DNA from: Chitinophaga sp. XS-30
GTDB taxonomy: Bacteria > Bacteroidota > Bacteroidia > Chitinophagales > Chitinophagaceae
Reading direction: 5' to 3'
Length of the DNA stretch: 24,000 bases
Assembly (NCBI RefSeq): GCF_008086345.1
Contig: NZ_CP043006.1
Span: forward strand, 470,032 to 494,031
Shown here: positions 8,934 through 17,164 of the stretch, one piece after another
Layout of the letters: every line of letters begins with the position of its first letter
Numbering within the stretch: position 1 is the first letter of the stretch
Made by a program: the position numbers and the translations under genes
Notes under the pieces: model-generated
Database searches by the model: none
Told to the model about the DNA's origin: nothing
What the model saw: the letters and a program-made list of their open reading frames with translations, nothing else

Positions 8934-9842
8934 TCAACGCAGCACTTTGATCAGCGCAGCCAGCTCTTCGTTTTCCAGACCGGCTTTGGCAGCCTGGCGG
9001 AACAGTCCGGCGGCATATGCCGGAAACCCGCTGTGTATGCCCGCATCCTCAGCCTGCTGTAGTATTCTTTCCATGGCATCAATGGAGATCTTCATGGGGC
9101 TTTGCGATATCTCAAAATTGCCGGACCGGATCACATTGGCCTCATGCTGCAGGAAGTCGCCGAAAGTGGAAGTGATCCCGGCCACGAGGGCGCCGTATTT
9201 ATCCACCGGAAAACCGGCCGCCTCCACGATCCTTGCGCCATGCAGAAAACCCGTCATCGTACCGTAAATGGCGGAAAGCGTAGCCAGGTCTATTGCCGAT
9301 GCGGCGCCGGCCTGCCCGCCGAAATACGTCACACTGCCGCCGAATACCCGCAGGATGGCTTCCGCCTGTTGGTATGCCGGCGTTCCGCCTGATACGAAGA
9401 TCGGCGTATCCGGCCGGCCCATCTGGCTGGGAGCAGCCTGTATCGCGCCATCCAGGTAAGCAGCGCCCTGCGCTTTGATCAGCGTTTCCATCTCCTCCGC
9501 TTCCTTCGGGCTTCCGCTGGAAAGATGTATTACCACCCTGCCGGGAAGCACGGCTTTTACTTCCGTTGCGCCCAGAATTTCCCGGGCGGCGTTATAGTCG
9601 CGCACACAGATTACCGTCACAGGGCTGGCCTTCACAGCAGCAGCGGCATCGGGCGCAAGTATAGCACCTTCCTGTACCAGTTGTGCCGCCTTTTCCGGAT
9701 TGCGGTTCCAGACGGTTACATGATATCCAGCCTGCAATAATAACCGGGCCAGCGTTGTGCCCATCATGCCCAGTCCCGTTACGGACACAGCTTTTACATC
9801 GTTGTTGTTTGTGTTCATCGTCATTCCGTTTTGATGATGCAA
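8934..9842 (-). CDS. NAD(P)-dependent oxidoreductase, beta-hydroxyacid dehydrogenase / imine-reductase-like (302 aa; start could be 9824 or 9818)
   Basis: Rossmann motif VSVTGLGMMGTTLARLLLQAGYHVTVWNRNPEKA and a 6PGDH-type NAD-binding domain, followed by an all-helical C-terminal domain (LDGAIQAAPSQMG...ASAIDLATLSAIYG). Substrate cannot be deduced. Confidence 0.8.
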   Translation of the reverse strand: MHHQNGMTMNTNNNDVKAVSVTGLGMMGTTLARLLLQAGYHVTVWNRNPEKAAQLVQEGAILAPDAAAAVKASPVTVICVRDYNAAREILGATEVKAVLPGRVVIHLSSGSPKEAEEMETLIKAQGAAYLDGAIQAAPSQMGRPDTPIFVSGGTPAYQQAEAILRVFGGSVTYFGGQAGAASAIDLATLSAIYGTMTGFLHGARIVEAAGFPVDKYGALVAGITSTFGDFLQHEANVIRSGNFEISQSPMKISIDAMERILQQAEDAGIHSGFPAYAAGLFRQAAKAGLENEELAALIKVLR

Positions 9843-9955
9843 ACTTCAGCAGATCAGCGCAGGCAGACAATAAGGGAAAAAATATTCAGCCGCCGAACTT
9901 TTTTTCGCTATGCGCCCATAGCCGGTTGCCGGGCAAAAGCTTATCTTTATCAGGT

Positions 9956-12458
9956 ATGCAGGCAGCACAAAGCAGGCCCGAAGGGCTTTCGGAAGAACAG
10001 GTATCCGCCTCACGCCGGCTTCATGGAAAGAACATGTTGCAGGGCAAGACGCAGAACAATCTTGTAGAAGCGCTCAGGGATGCGTTCACGGAACCGATGT
10101 TCCTGTTATTGCTGGCCGCGGGCATCATCTACTTCCTGCTGGGTGAATCCGCCGAAGGCATTTTCATGATCGCGGCGATCTTTATGGTATCGGCCATCTC
10201 TGTGTATCAAAGCTCCCGCAGCGGCAATGCGCTGAAGGCCCTCAAAGCGCTGAACCAGCCTTCCGCCCGCGTGATCAGGGACGGCAGGGAGCAGCAGATC
10301 CCCACGGAAGAGCTGGTGCCGGGAGACCTGATGATCGTGGAAGAAGGAGAACAGGTACCGGCGGACGCCGGCATCGTCCGGGCAAACGACTTGTCCATCA
10401 ACGAATCGGTGCTCACCGGTGAAGCATTCGCCGTCAGGAAAGCCGAAGGAGATCCCCTGTTCATGGGCACTGCCGTTACCAGCGGTATGGCCTGGGCCGA
10501 AGTGACCGCCATCGGCAATCAAACCGAACTGGGCAAGATCGGCAAGTCCCTGGAGCAGATCAGCACAGAAAAATCCCCTCTGCAAAAACAGATCAGCAGC
10601 TTCGTCACCAAAATGGCGGTGGTCGGCGCCGGTGTGTTCCTGCTGGTTTGGAGCATCAACTTCTATCATTCCCGGGATATACTGGACAGCCTGCTGAAAG
10701 GCCTCACGCTGGCCATGTCCATTTTGCCGGAAGAAGTACCCGTAGCCTTCACCACTTTCATGGCCATCGGCGCCTGGCGGCTGATGAAAATGGGCATTAT
10801 CGTCAAACAGACGCAGACGGTGGAAACCCTGGGCAGCGCCAGTGTGATCTGCACGGATAAAACCGGCACCATTACGGAGAACAGGATGCAGCTGGCCATG
10901 ATCTACATACATGCCACCGGGCAAACCGCCGCAGCGGACATGTGGCGCAGCGATGCAGCGCGGGAAGTGATCGCCACCGCCATGTGGGCCAGTGAAACGG
11001 CGCCTTTCGATCCTATGGAAAAAGCGCTGCATGAAGCTTACGGGACTGTTGCGGAAACAGACCTGCGGCCCGGCTACCATATGGTGCATGAATACCCGCT
11101 CGGCGGCAAACCTCCCATGATGACGCATGTATTCGCCAATGCAACAGGGGAACGCATCATCGCGGCAAAAGGTGCACCGGAAGCCATCATGGCCGTCAGC
11201 CCCCTTTCCGCGGAGGAACGTCATACCATAGAACAACAGATAGATCAACTCGCCGGAAAGGGATACCCGGGTGCTGGCCGTTGGCCGCAGCACATTCAAC
11301 GGTGATGTTTACCCGGAAGAGCAGCAGTCCCTTTCCTTCACCTTCCTCGGCCTCATCGCCTTCTACGATCCCCCGAAGCAGAACATCCCCGCGGTGTTCA
11401 ACAGCTTCTACGATGCCGGTATCCGGCTCAAGATCATCACGGGGGACAATACCCCCACCACTTTGTCCATTGCCCGGCAGGCGGGTTTTCGCGGAACGGA
11501 AAAAGCACTGACCGGTGACGAGATCGCCGGGATGGATGACCGCGAACTGAACACCGCGGTAAAAGAAGTGAACATCTTCACCCGCATGTTCCCCGCCGCC
11601 AAGCTGAGGATCATCAATGCACTGAAATCAGACCGGCAGGTGGTGGCGATGACGGGAGATGGCGTCAACGACGGCCCCGCCCTGAAAGCTGCCCACATCG
11701 GCATTGCCATGGGCACCAAGGGAACGGACATCGCGAAAAAAGCCGCCTCCCTGGTGCTGACGGACGATGACCTTGCCAGAATGGTAGACGCCGTAGCCAT
11801 GGGCAGAAGGATATATGGCAATCTCAAAAAAGCCATCCAGTATATCGTATCCATTCACATCCCCATTATCCTTACCGTAACCATTCCGCTGCTGCTGGGA
11901 TGGATATACCCGAATATTTTTACCCCGGTGCATGTGATCTTCCTGGAACTGATCATGGGCCCCACCTGCTCTATCGTGTATGAACAGGAACCGATGGAAA
12001 AGAATGCCATGCTGCAGCCGCCCAGGCCCTTCACCACCACTTTCCTGAACTGGAAGGAACTGAGCACAAGCATTATCCAGGGCCTTATGATCACCGCCGG
12101 TACGCTGGGTATTTACCAGTATGCCATACATAACGGCTTTGATGAAAGCCTGACCCGGACGCTGGTATTCACCACCCTTGTTACCGCCAACGTTTTGCTT
12201 ACCCTTGTGAACCGCTCCTTCCATTATTCCCTCTTTACGGCCATGCGGTACAACAACTGGCTGTTAAGAGCGGTATTGATCATCTCTATCCTGCTCAGCA
12301 TGGCCATGATCTACCTTCCTCCGCTGGCTGCATTCTTCCGGTTCAGCCCCCCGGCATGGCAGCCCCTGGCCATCAGCATAACGGCAGGCATCGCCTCGGT
12401 GATCTGGTTTGAAGGATGGAAGCTCGTGAAACGGGCATCTTTGCTACACCATGAATAA
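9956..12458 (+). pseudogene. Cation-translocating P-type ATPase (P2/Ca2+-Mg2+-like) interrupted by a +1 frameshift near 11266-11270
   Basis: Two track ORFs (9683..11305 and 11271..12458) lie in different frames and overlap by 35 nt. The first carries TGES-like LTGEAF, LPEEVP and the phosphorylation motif ICTDKTGTITENRM. The second carries KIITGDN and the hinge MTGDGVNDGPALKAAHIGIAMG plus C-terminal TM helices. Removing one C from the run at 11266-11268 joins them as ...QLAGKGY-RVLAVGRSTF..., the conserved G-x-RVLA motif. The span is 2503 nt (3n+1), as expected for one extra base. True start is ATG 9956 (MQAAQSRPEGLSEEQV...); 9683-9955 is a spurious extension overlapping the divergent gene. 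Confidence 0.8.
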
Positions 12459-12555
12459 ATGATGCTACAGTTTGTGTAAACAACCATGAAAATATGCCGG
12501 TATCAACACTGGCATGTTTTATGGCCGGTTATTTCAAACACCAAAACATTCAATC

Positions 12556-13017
12556 ATGGAAAAGACAACCACAAATGATACTATCGAGGTACTGAACGAC
12601 CTGGTAGCGATCAACAACGACCGTATCGCCGGATACGAAAAAGCACTGGAAGAACTGGCTCCCGAAGATGCGGACCTTCGCTCGCTCTTCGCCGATATGA
12701 TCCGCGAGAGCCATGATATGCGTAATGCACTGGGCACAGAAGTGCAGGTTTGCGGTGGAGAAATGGAAACCGGCACCACCAACAGCGGCAAGATATACCG
12801 GACCTGGATGGATGTAAAAGCCGTATTCACGGGGCATGACAGGCACGCCGTGCTCGCCAGCTGCGAAGCCGGGGAAGATGCCGCCCAGCGGGCATACGAA
12901 TCAGCCCTCACCGTGGAGGACATGCCCGATTATCTTCGCCAGATACTGGTGGAACAAAAGCAGATATTGAGGGTTTCTCACGACAGGGTCAAGGCGCTGC
13001 GGGATCAGGCTAAATAG
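12556..13017 (+). CDS. PA2169/DUF2383-family four-helix-bundle (ferritin-like) protein (153 aa)
   Basis: Family-typical blocks: TIEVLNDLVAINNDRIAGYEKA, LRSLFADMIRESHDMRNAL, GKIYRTWMDVKAVFTGHDRHAVLASCEAGEDAAQRAYESAL, SHDRVKALRD. Start chosen at MEKTTTND (12556) rather than the track start 12514. Confidence 0.8.
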   Translation: MEKTTTNDTIEVLNDLVAINNDRIAGYEKALEELAPEDADLRSLFADMIRESHDMRNALGTEVQVCGGEMETGTTNSGKIYRTWMDVKAVFTGHDRHAVLASCEAGEDAAQRAYESALTVEDMPDYLRQILVEQKQILRVSHDRVKALRDQAK

Positions 13018-13857
13018 CTACAATAATCTTCCGCCGCAATACTTGCAGAATTTTGCATCATGGTCATGCCCGTCCTGCCCGCAGGACGGGCATGCGTGAT
13101 TGAGGCCCCTGCGTTGCTGCCGCACGGCCATAGCCATTTCGGTAGTAACGATGCCGGTAGGCACTGCAATAATGCCATACCCCAGCAGCATGATGAAGCT
13201 GGCAATGAACTTGCCCACGGTCGTAGCCGGGGCAATATCCCCGTAGCCAACCGTGGTAATAGTTACAATAGCCCAGTACACGGATTGGGGAATGCTGGTG
13301 AAGCCGCTGCTGTCATCCTCCACGAGGTAGATCACCGAACCGAGGATCACCACGCAGGTGAGCACAAACAAAATGAAGATGCTGATCTTGCGGAGACTGT
13401 TGAGTATGGCAACCGATAAAAAGCGCATTTCAGAAACGAAGTGCACCAGGCGGAATATCCTGAAAATACGGAGCAGGCGCAGGGCACGCAGCACGAGTAA
13501 CGATTGCGCACCAACGAAGATCACACTCAGAAAACCGGGAATGATCGCCAGCAGATCGATGATGCCGAAAGCGCTCAGCACATATTTGTAGGGACGGAGA
13601 ATACAGATCAGCCGGAGGATATATTCTATCGTAAAAAGGATGGTGAACGCCCATTCCATGGCAATGAACACATCACCATACTTTGCATGCAAATGCTTGA
13701 CACTATCCAGCATCACCACCACAATGCTCAATAATATGCAGGCCAGCAGCGCTATATCGAAGATCTTGCCTCCTTTTGTTTCCGAGCCATAGATCACCGC
13801 ATGCAGCTGGTGTTGCCATCTGCGCAGCCCGCTGGTTTCAGCATTGTCTTTTTTCAT
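13018..13857 (-). CDS. Voltage-gated-type (6-TM) potassium channel with C-terminal zinc-ribbon tail (279 aa)
   Basis: S4-like arginine ladder LRALRLLRIFRIFRLVHF, K+ selectivity filter TTVGYGD, and an inner helix GKFIASFIMLLGYGIIAVPTGIV. The tail is CPSCGQDGHDHDAKFCKYCGGRL (CxxC-11-CxxC). Confidence 0.85.
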   Translation of the reverse strand: MKKDNAETSGLRRWQHQLHAVIYGSETKGGKIFDIALLACILLSIVVVMLDSVKHLHAKYGDVFIAMEWAFTILFTIEYILRLICILRPYKYVLSAFGIIDLLAIIPGFLSVIFVGAQSLLVLRALRLLRIFRIFRLVHFVSEMRFLSVAILNSLRKISIFILFVLTCVVILGSVIYLVEDDSSGFTSIPQSVYWAIVTITTVGYGDIAPATTVGKFIASFIMLLGYGIIAVPTGIVTTEMAMAVRQQRRGLNHACPSCGQDGHDHDAKFCKYCGGRLL

Positions 13858-14002
13858 ATTGAAAAGTTAAGCATATTTGACCGTACTCATTCCATTGCGG
13901 CGGTAAAACTGATGCATCTCATATCTTCTTCCCGCTTTTCTTGCTACTTTTACGGTGGCTCCGGGTATTGGCCCGGTGCCGTTCCTCAAAAACTGTTCCG
14001 GC

Positions 14003-15334
14003 ATGGATGATTTTTTTGCTGCACGATCACAGATGGCTTTGTCCCTCGGCTTCCACATCATCTTTGCCTGCATTGGCATGGTGATGCCATTCTTCATGGC
14101 CGTAGCGCATTACAAATGGTTGAGAACAGGCAATGAAGTGTACCGGAATGTGACCAAAGCCTGGAGCAAGGGAGTGGCCATTTTTTTTGCCACCGGCGCT
14201 GTGTCCGGCACGGTGCTTTCTTTTGAGCTGGGCCTGCTCTGGCCCACTTTCATGGAACATGCAGGCCCCATTTTCGGGATGCCCTTTTCACTCGAAGGCA
14301 CGGCCTTTTTCATTGAAGCCATTGCACTGGGGTTCTTTTTATATGGATGGAACCGCTTCAATCCCTGGTTCCACTGGTTCACCGGCGTAGTGGTAGGCAT
14401 CAGCGGCCTGGTGTCCGGCATCCTGGTAGTAGCTGCCAATGCCTGGATGAACAGTCCGGCCGGCTTTGATTATGTAAACGGACAATACCTCAATATAGAT
14501 CCCATCAAAGCGATGTTCAACGATGCCTGGTTCACGCAGGCCCTGCATATGTCCATCGCAGCATTTGTTGCCACCGGTTTTGCCGTGGCCGGCATCCATG
14601 CCCTGATGATCCTGAAAGGAAGGCATGTGGCCTTTCACAGCAAGGCCTTCCGCATTGCCGCGGCATTCGGCACCGTAGCAGCCATCCTGCAACCGGTCAG
14701 CGGCGACCTGTCCGCAAAAGACATTGCACAACGCCAGCCCGCCAAGCTGGCGGCCATGGAAGCGCATTTCCACACCGAAGAGAAAGCCGCGCTGATCATC
14801 GGCGGCATACCGGATGTCAAAGCAAAGAAAGTCAACTACGCCATCAAAATACCCGGCGGGCTCAGCTTCCTCGCGCATGGCGATATCAATGCGGAAGTCA
14901 CGGGGCTGGACAAAATACCGGAGCAGGACCAGCCCCCTGTGGCCGTCACGCACTACGCCTTCCAGGTGATGGTGGGCCTGGGCATGATCATGATGCTCAT
15001 TGCACTGCTGTACTTCCTGGCGTTGTGGAAGAAAAAAAGCTGGCTGCGGAGCAAATGGCTGCTCCGCCTGTTCATCATCGCCACCCCCATGGGCTTCATT
15101 GCGGTGGAAGCGGGATGGACCGTTACGGAAGTGGGCCGCCAGCCCTGGATCATCAACGGCATCATGCGTACAGCCGACGCCGTTACCCCCATGCCGGGCA
15201 TCGTTTATTCCTTTTACATTTTCACCGCCGTATATCTTTCCCTGTCTTTCATCGTTGCGTTCCTGCTTTACCGGCAGATAAAGATGGTAGACAGGCTGTA
15301 CGATCATTCATCTGAACAACCTGAAGCCATCTGA
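14003..15334 (+). CDS. cydA: Cytochrome bd-type quinol oxidase subunit I, short Q-loop type (443 aa)
   Basis: MDDFFAARSQMALSLGFHIIFACIGM... matches the CydA N-terminus with its heme-ligand His. Also GRQPWIINGIMRTADAVTP near the C-terminus and multiple TM helices. The length points to a short Q-loop. Track start 13955 rejected in favour of ATG 14003. Confidence 0.92.
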   Translation: MDDFFAARSQMALSLGFHIIFACIGMVMPFFMAVAHYKWLRTGNEVYRNVTKAWSKGVAIFFATGAVSGTVLSFELGLLWPTFMEHAGPIFGMPFSLEGTAFFIEAIALGFFLYGWNRFNPWFHWFTGVVVGISGLVSGILVVAANAWMNSPAGFDYVNGQYLNIDPIKAMFNDAWFTQALHMSIAAFVATGFAVAGIHALMILKGRHVAFHSKAFRIAAAFGTVAAILQPVSGDLSAKDIAQRQPAKLAAMEAHFHTEEKAALIIGGIPDVKAKKVNYAIKIPGGLSFLAHGDINAEVTGLDKIPEQDQPPVAVTHYAFQVMVGLGMIMMLIALLYFLALWKKKSWLRSKWLLRLFIIATPMGFIAVEAGWTVTEVGRQPWIINGIMRTADAVTPMPGIVYSFYIFTAVYLSLSFIVAFLLYRQIKMVDRLYDHSSEQPEAI

Positions 15335-15336
15335 TC

Positions 15337-16350
15337 ATGCTATACGTTGTCATTACCTATCTCTGGGCGGCCATCCTGTTATACCTGCTGCTGGGCGGCG
15401 CGGATTTCGGAGCGGGCATTATCGAATTCTTCACTTCCCGCAGGAACAGGGGCAGAACGCGAAGGACCATGTACCAGGCCATCGGGCCGGTATGGGAGGC
15501 CAATCACATGTGGCTGATCATCACCATCGTGATCCTGTTCGTGGGTTTTCCGAAGATATACGCCACTATGTCCGTGTACCTGCATATTCCCCTCACGGCC
15601 ATGCTGCTGGGGATCATCGCGCGCGGCACGGCATTCGTATTCAGGCATTATGATGCGGTGAAAGATGATATGCAGAAACTCTATAACCGCATATTCATCT
15701 ATTCCAGCGTGATCACTCCCCTGTTCCTGGGCATCATTGCGGCCAGTACGGTTTCCGGGCAGGTGGACCTGCAGGCGAAAGATTTTCTTTCCGCTTACAT
15801 CTTCAGCTGGCTGAACGGATTTTCGCTGGCCGTGGGGCTGTTTACCGTCTGCATTTGCGGGTTCCTGGCCGCCGTGTTCATCATCGGGGAAACGGACAAT
15901 GCGGAGGACCGGCTTTTCTTTACCCGCAAGGCCAAGTGGATGATCGTGTCGGCCGTGTTATGCGGGGTGCTGGTATTTGCAGCTTCCTATATCGAGAACA
16001 TCCCGCTGGTGGACTGGGTATTCGGCAAACCGGCGGGAATGCTCGCCATCGCAGCGGCCAGCCTGTCGCTGCCCTTCCTCTGGTACGGGCTCACACGCGG
16101 CAAGGCCATCATCATCCGGCTGCTGGCGGGCTTCCAGGTCTGCATGATCCTGTTTGCGGCCACATACCGGCATTTCCCCAATATCGTGTTACTGAAAGGC
16201 GGCGGGCATCTTTCCCTGATAGAACACCAGGGCCAGGAGAAAACGATCGAAGCCCTGGCCTGGGCGCTGCTTATCGGGAGCATCTTCATTTTGCCGGCCC
16301 TGTTCTACCTGATGTACAGCTTTGAAAAGAAGAAGCCGCAAGAGGCCTAA
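15337..16350 (+). CDS. cydB: Cytochrome bd-type quinol oxidase subunit II (337 aa)
   Basis: Starts 2 nt after the cydA stop. Polytopic membrane protein with the CydB-typical N-terminus (LLGGADFGAGIIEFF) and WEANHMWLI. Confidence 0.9.
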   Translation: MLYVVITYLWAAILLYLLLGGADFGAGIIEFFTSRRNRGRTRRTMYQAIGPVWEANHMWLIITIVILFVGFPKIYATMSVYLHIPLTAMLLGIIARGTAFVFRHYDAVKDDMQKLYNRIFIYSSVITPLFLGIIAASTVSGQVDLQAKDFLSAYIFSWLNGFSLAVGLFTVCICGFLAAVFIIGETDNAEDRLFFTRKAKWMIVSAVLCGVLVFAASYIENIPLVDWVFGKPAGMLAIAAASLSLPFLWYGLTRGKAIIIRLLAGFQVCMILFAATYRHFPNIVLLKGGGHLSLIEHQGQEKTIEALAWALLIGSIFILPALFYLMYSFEKKKPQEA

Positions 16351-16439
16351 GACATTCATTATCAAATCGTAGAAAAGCAAAGGACCTAATACCCTCATAC
16401 TCAATCCCATTTTTAAGGTTTTGTTAAAAACGGCTGTAT

Positions 16440-16457
16440 GTAACACAAATGTGTTAC
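16440..16457. promoter_or_regulatory. Perfect palindrome GTAACAC-AAAT-GTGTTAC (candidate operator or hairpin)
   Basis: Read directly. 7-bp arms with a 4-bp spacer, about 90 nt after the cydB stop and 33 nt upstream of the ATG at 16490. Confidence 0.4.
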
Positions 16458-16489
16458 CTTCCATATCCTCATTCAATAATCAAAACCTT

Positions 16490-16753
16490 ATGATCATGGA
16501 ATCGAGACTACTTTTTTTCACACCCAAAGGCCCGTTATGCTTTATTGATTACAGTTCGATCATGGAAGGCAGGGCCATCCTGAACCGGATACGGGAAGTG
16601 GTAGGATCAGCCAAACAAGGCCGCGCCTACCAGTTCAAATTATTCAGGAAACTTAAGAACAGGTTCATCAGCATCGACGAACATTTTATGCCGGGGTTTG
16701 ACCGGAATTGCCTGGATGTTTTTGTAGAGAGCGCTTTTTCAGGAAGACATTAA
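16490..16753 (+). CDS. Hypothetical protein (87 aa), orphan, basic
   Basis: Open frame only (track 16421..16753; ATG at 16490 preferred). I recognise no motif. Codon choice (AGA, AGG, TTA, CTA) and visibly lower GC differ from the neighbours, so it may not be coding. Confidence 0.3.
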   Translation: MIMESRLLFFTPKGPLCFIDYSSIMEGRAILNRIREVVGSAKQGRAYQFKLFRKLKNRFISIDEHFMPGFDRNCLDVFVESAFSGRH

Positions 16754-16804
16754 CGTTATTCCCACGGCATATTAATTGCAGTCATCGTACCTAAATCTGC
16801 ATAC

Positions 16805-16924
16805 ATGAACAAATTCCTCAGAGCGCTTATCGCCGGTTACGGCGCAAAAAAATTGGGCGGCGGATGTTTTGGTACCATACTGGTGTTTATCCTGATCTAC
16901 CTGGCATTGGGGTATTGCAACTGA
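16805..16924 (+). CDS. Hypothetical small membrane peptide (39 aa)
   Basis: Below the track's size cut-off; translated by hand as MNKFLRALIAGYGAKKLGGGCFGTILVFILIYLALGYCN. It has an amphipathic basic N-terminus plus one hydrophobic helix. Third-position GC looks closer to real genes than in the preceding ORF. Confidence 0.35.
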   Translation: MNKFLRALIAGYGAKKLGGGCFGTILVFILIYLALGYCN

Positions 16925-16966
16925 AGAACGATCTGAAAATTATTTATGCTGCGTTATGAATGAGCC

Positions 16967-17164
16967 TCATACACAGCGCAGCAATGAATTGGTACCAGCC
17001 GAAGCCTTTGCCGGAGTACGCACTTCGTGTTTTTCCAGCCATTCCATGATATGATCTGCATCTTCCTTCCAGGCAGGCAATCTCAATACATAGTGATTAC
17101 GGCCTTTACTCTCTTTATACCCGGTCACGGAGCCATTGGTTTGGCTAACCCGGGTTAAAATCAT
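16967..17164 (-). CDS. Hypothetical protein (65 aa), translationally coupled to the Crp/Fnr regulator gene
   Basis: Its ATG overlaps the regulator's TGA as ATGA (17164..17161 on the minus strand). The sequence ...HYVLRLPAWKEDADHIMEWLEKHEVR... faintly recalls one beta-alpha-beta module of VOC/glyoxalase-type folds, but I cannot assign it. Confidence 0.45.
   Translation of the reverse strand: MILTRVSQTNGSVTGYKESKGRNHYVLRLPAWKEDADHIMEWLEKHEVRTPAKASAGTNSLLRCV

Noticed and set aside
9683-9955. 91-codon N-terminal extension of the ATPase ORF
   Set aside because: It overlaps the 5' end of the divergent oxidoreductase gene and translates to Cys/Ser/Pro-rich junk. The conserved ATPase N-terminus begins at ATG 9956.
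11266-11270. Programmed ribosomal frameshift in the ATPase
   Set aside because: There is no slippery heptamer or obvious downstream stimulatory structure. The lesion is a one-base length change in a short C/G homopolymer context, so mutation or sequencing error is the simpler explanation.
10106-11299. 397-aa ORF on the minus strand
   Set aside because: Entirely antisense to the first half of the P-type ATPase, whose frame carries unmistakable catalytic motifs. Its composition (runs of G, R, H, D, F, with no recognisable domain) is typical of shadow ORFs in GC-rich DNA.
11628-12224. 198-aa ORF on the minus strand (and 148-aa ORF 11408..11854)
   Set aside because: Antisense to the second half of the ATPase, which contains the TGDGVNDGPAL hinge and TM helices. 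No motifs of its own.
14339-15307. 322-aa ORF on the minus strand
   Set aside because: Antisense to cydA. Low-complexity, H/G/R/D-rich translation, whereas the plus frame is a textbook CydA.
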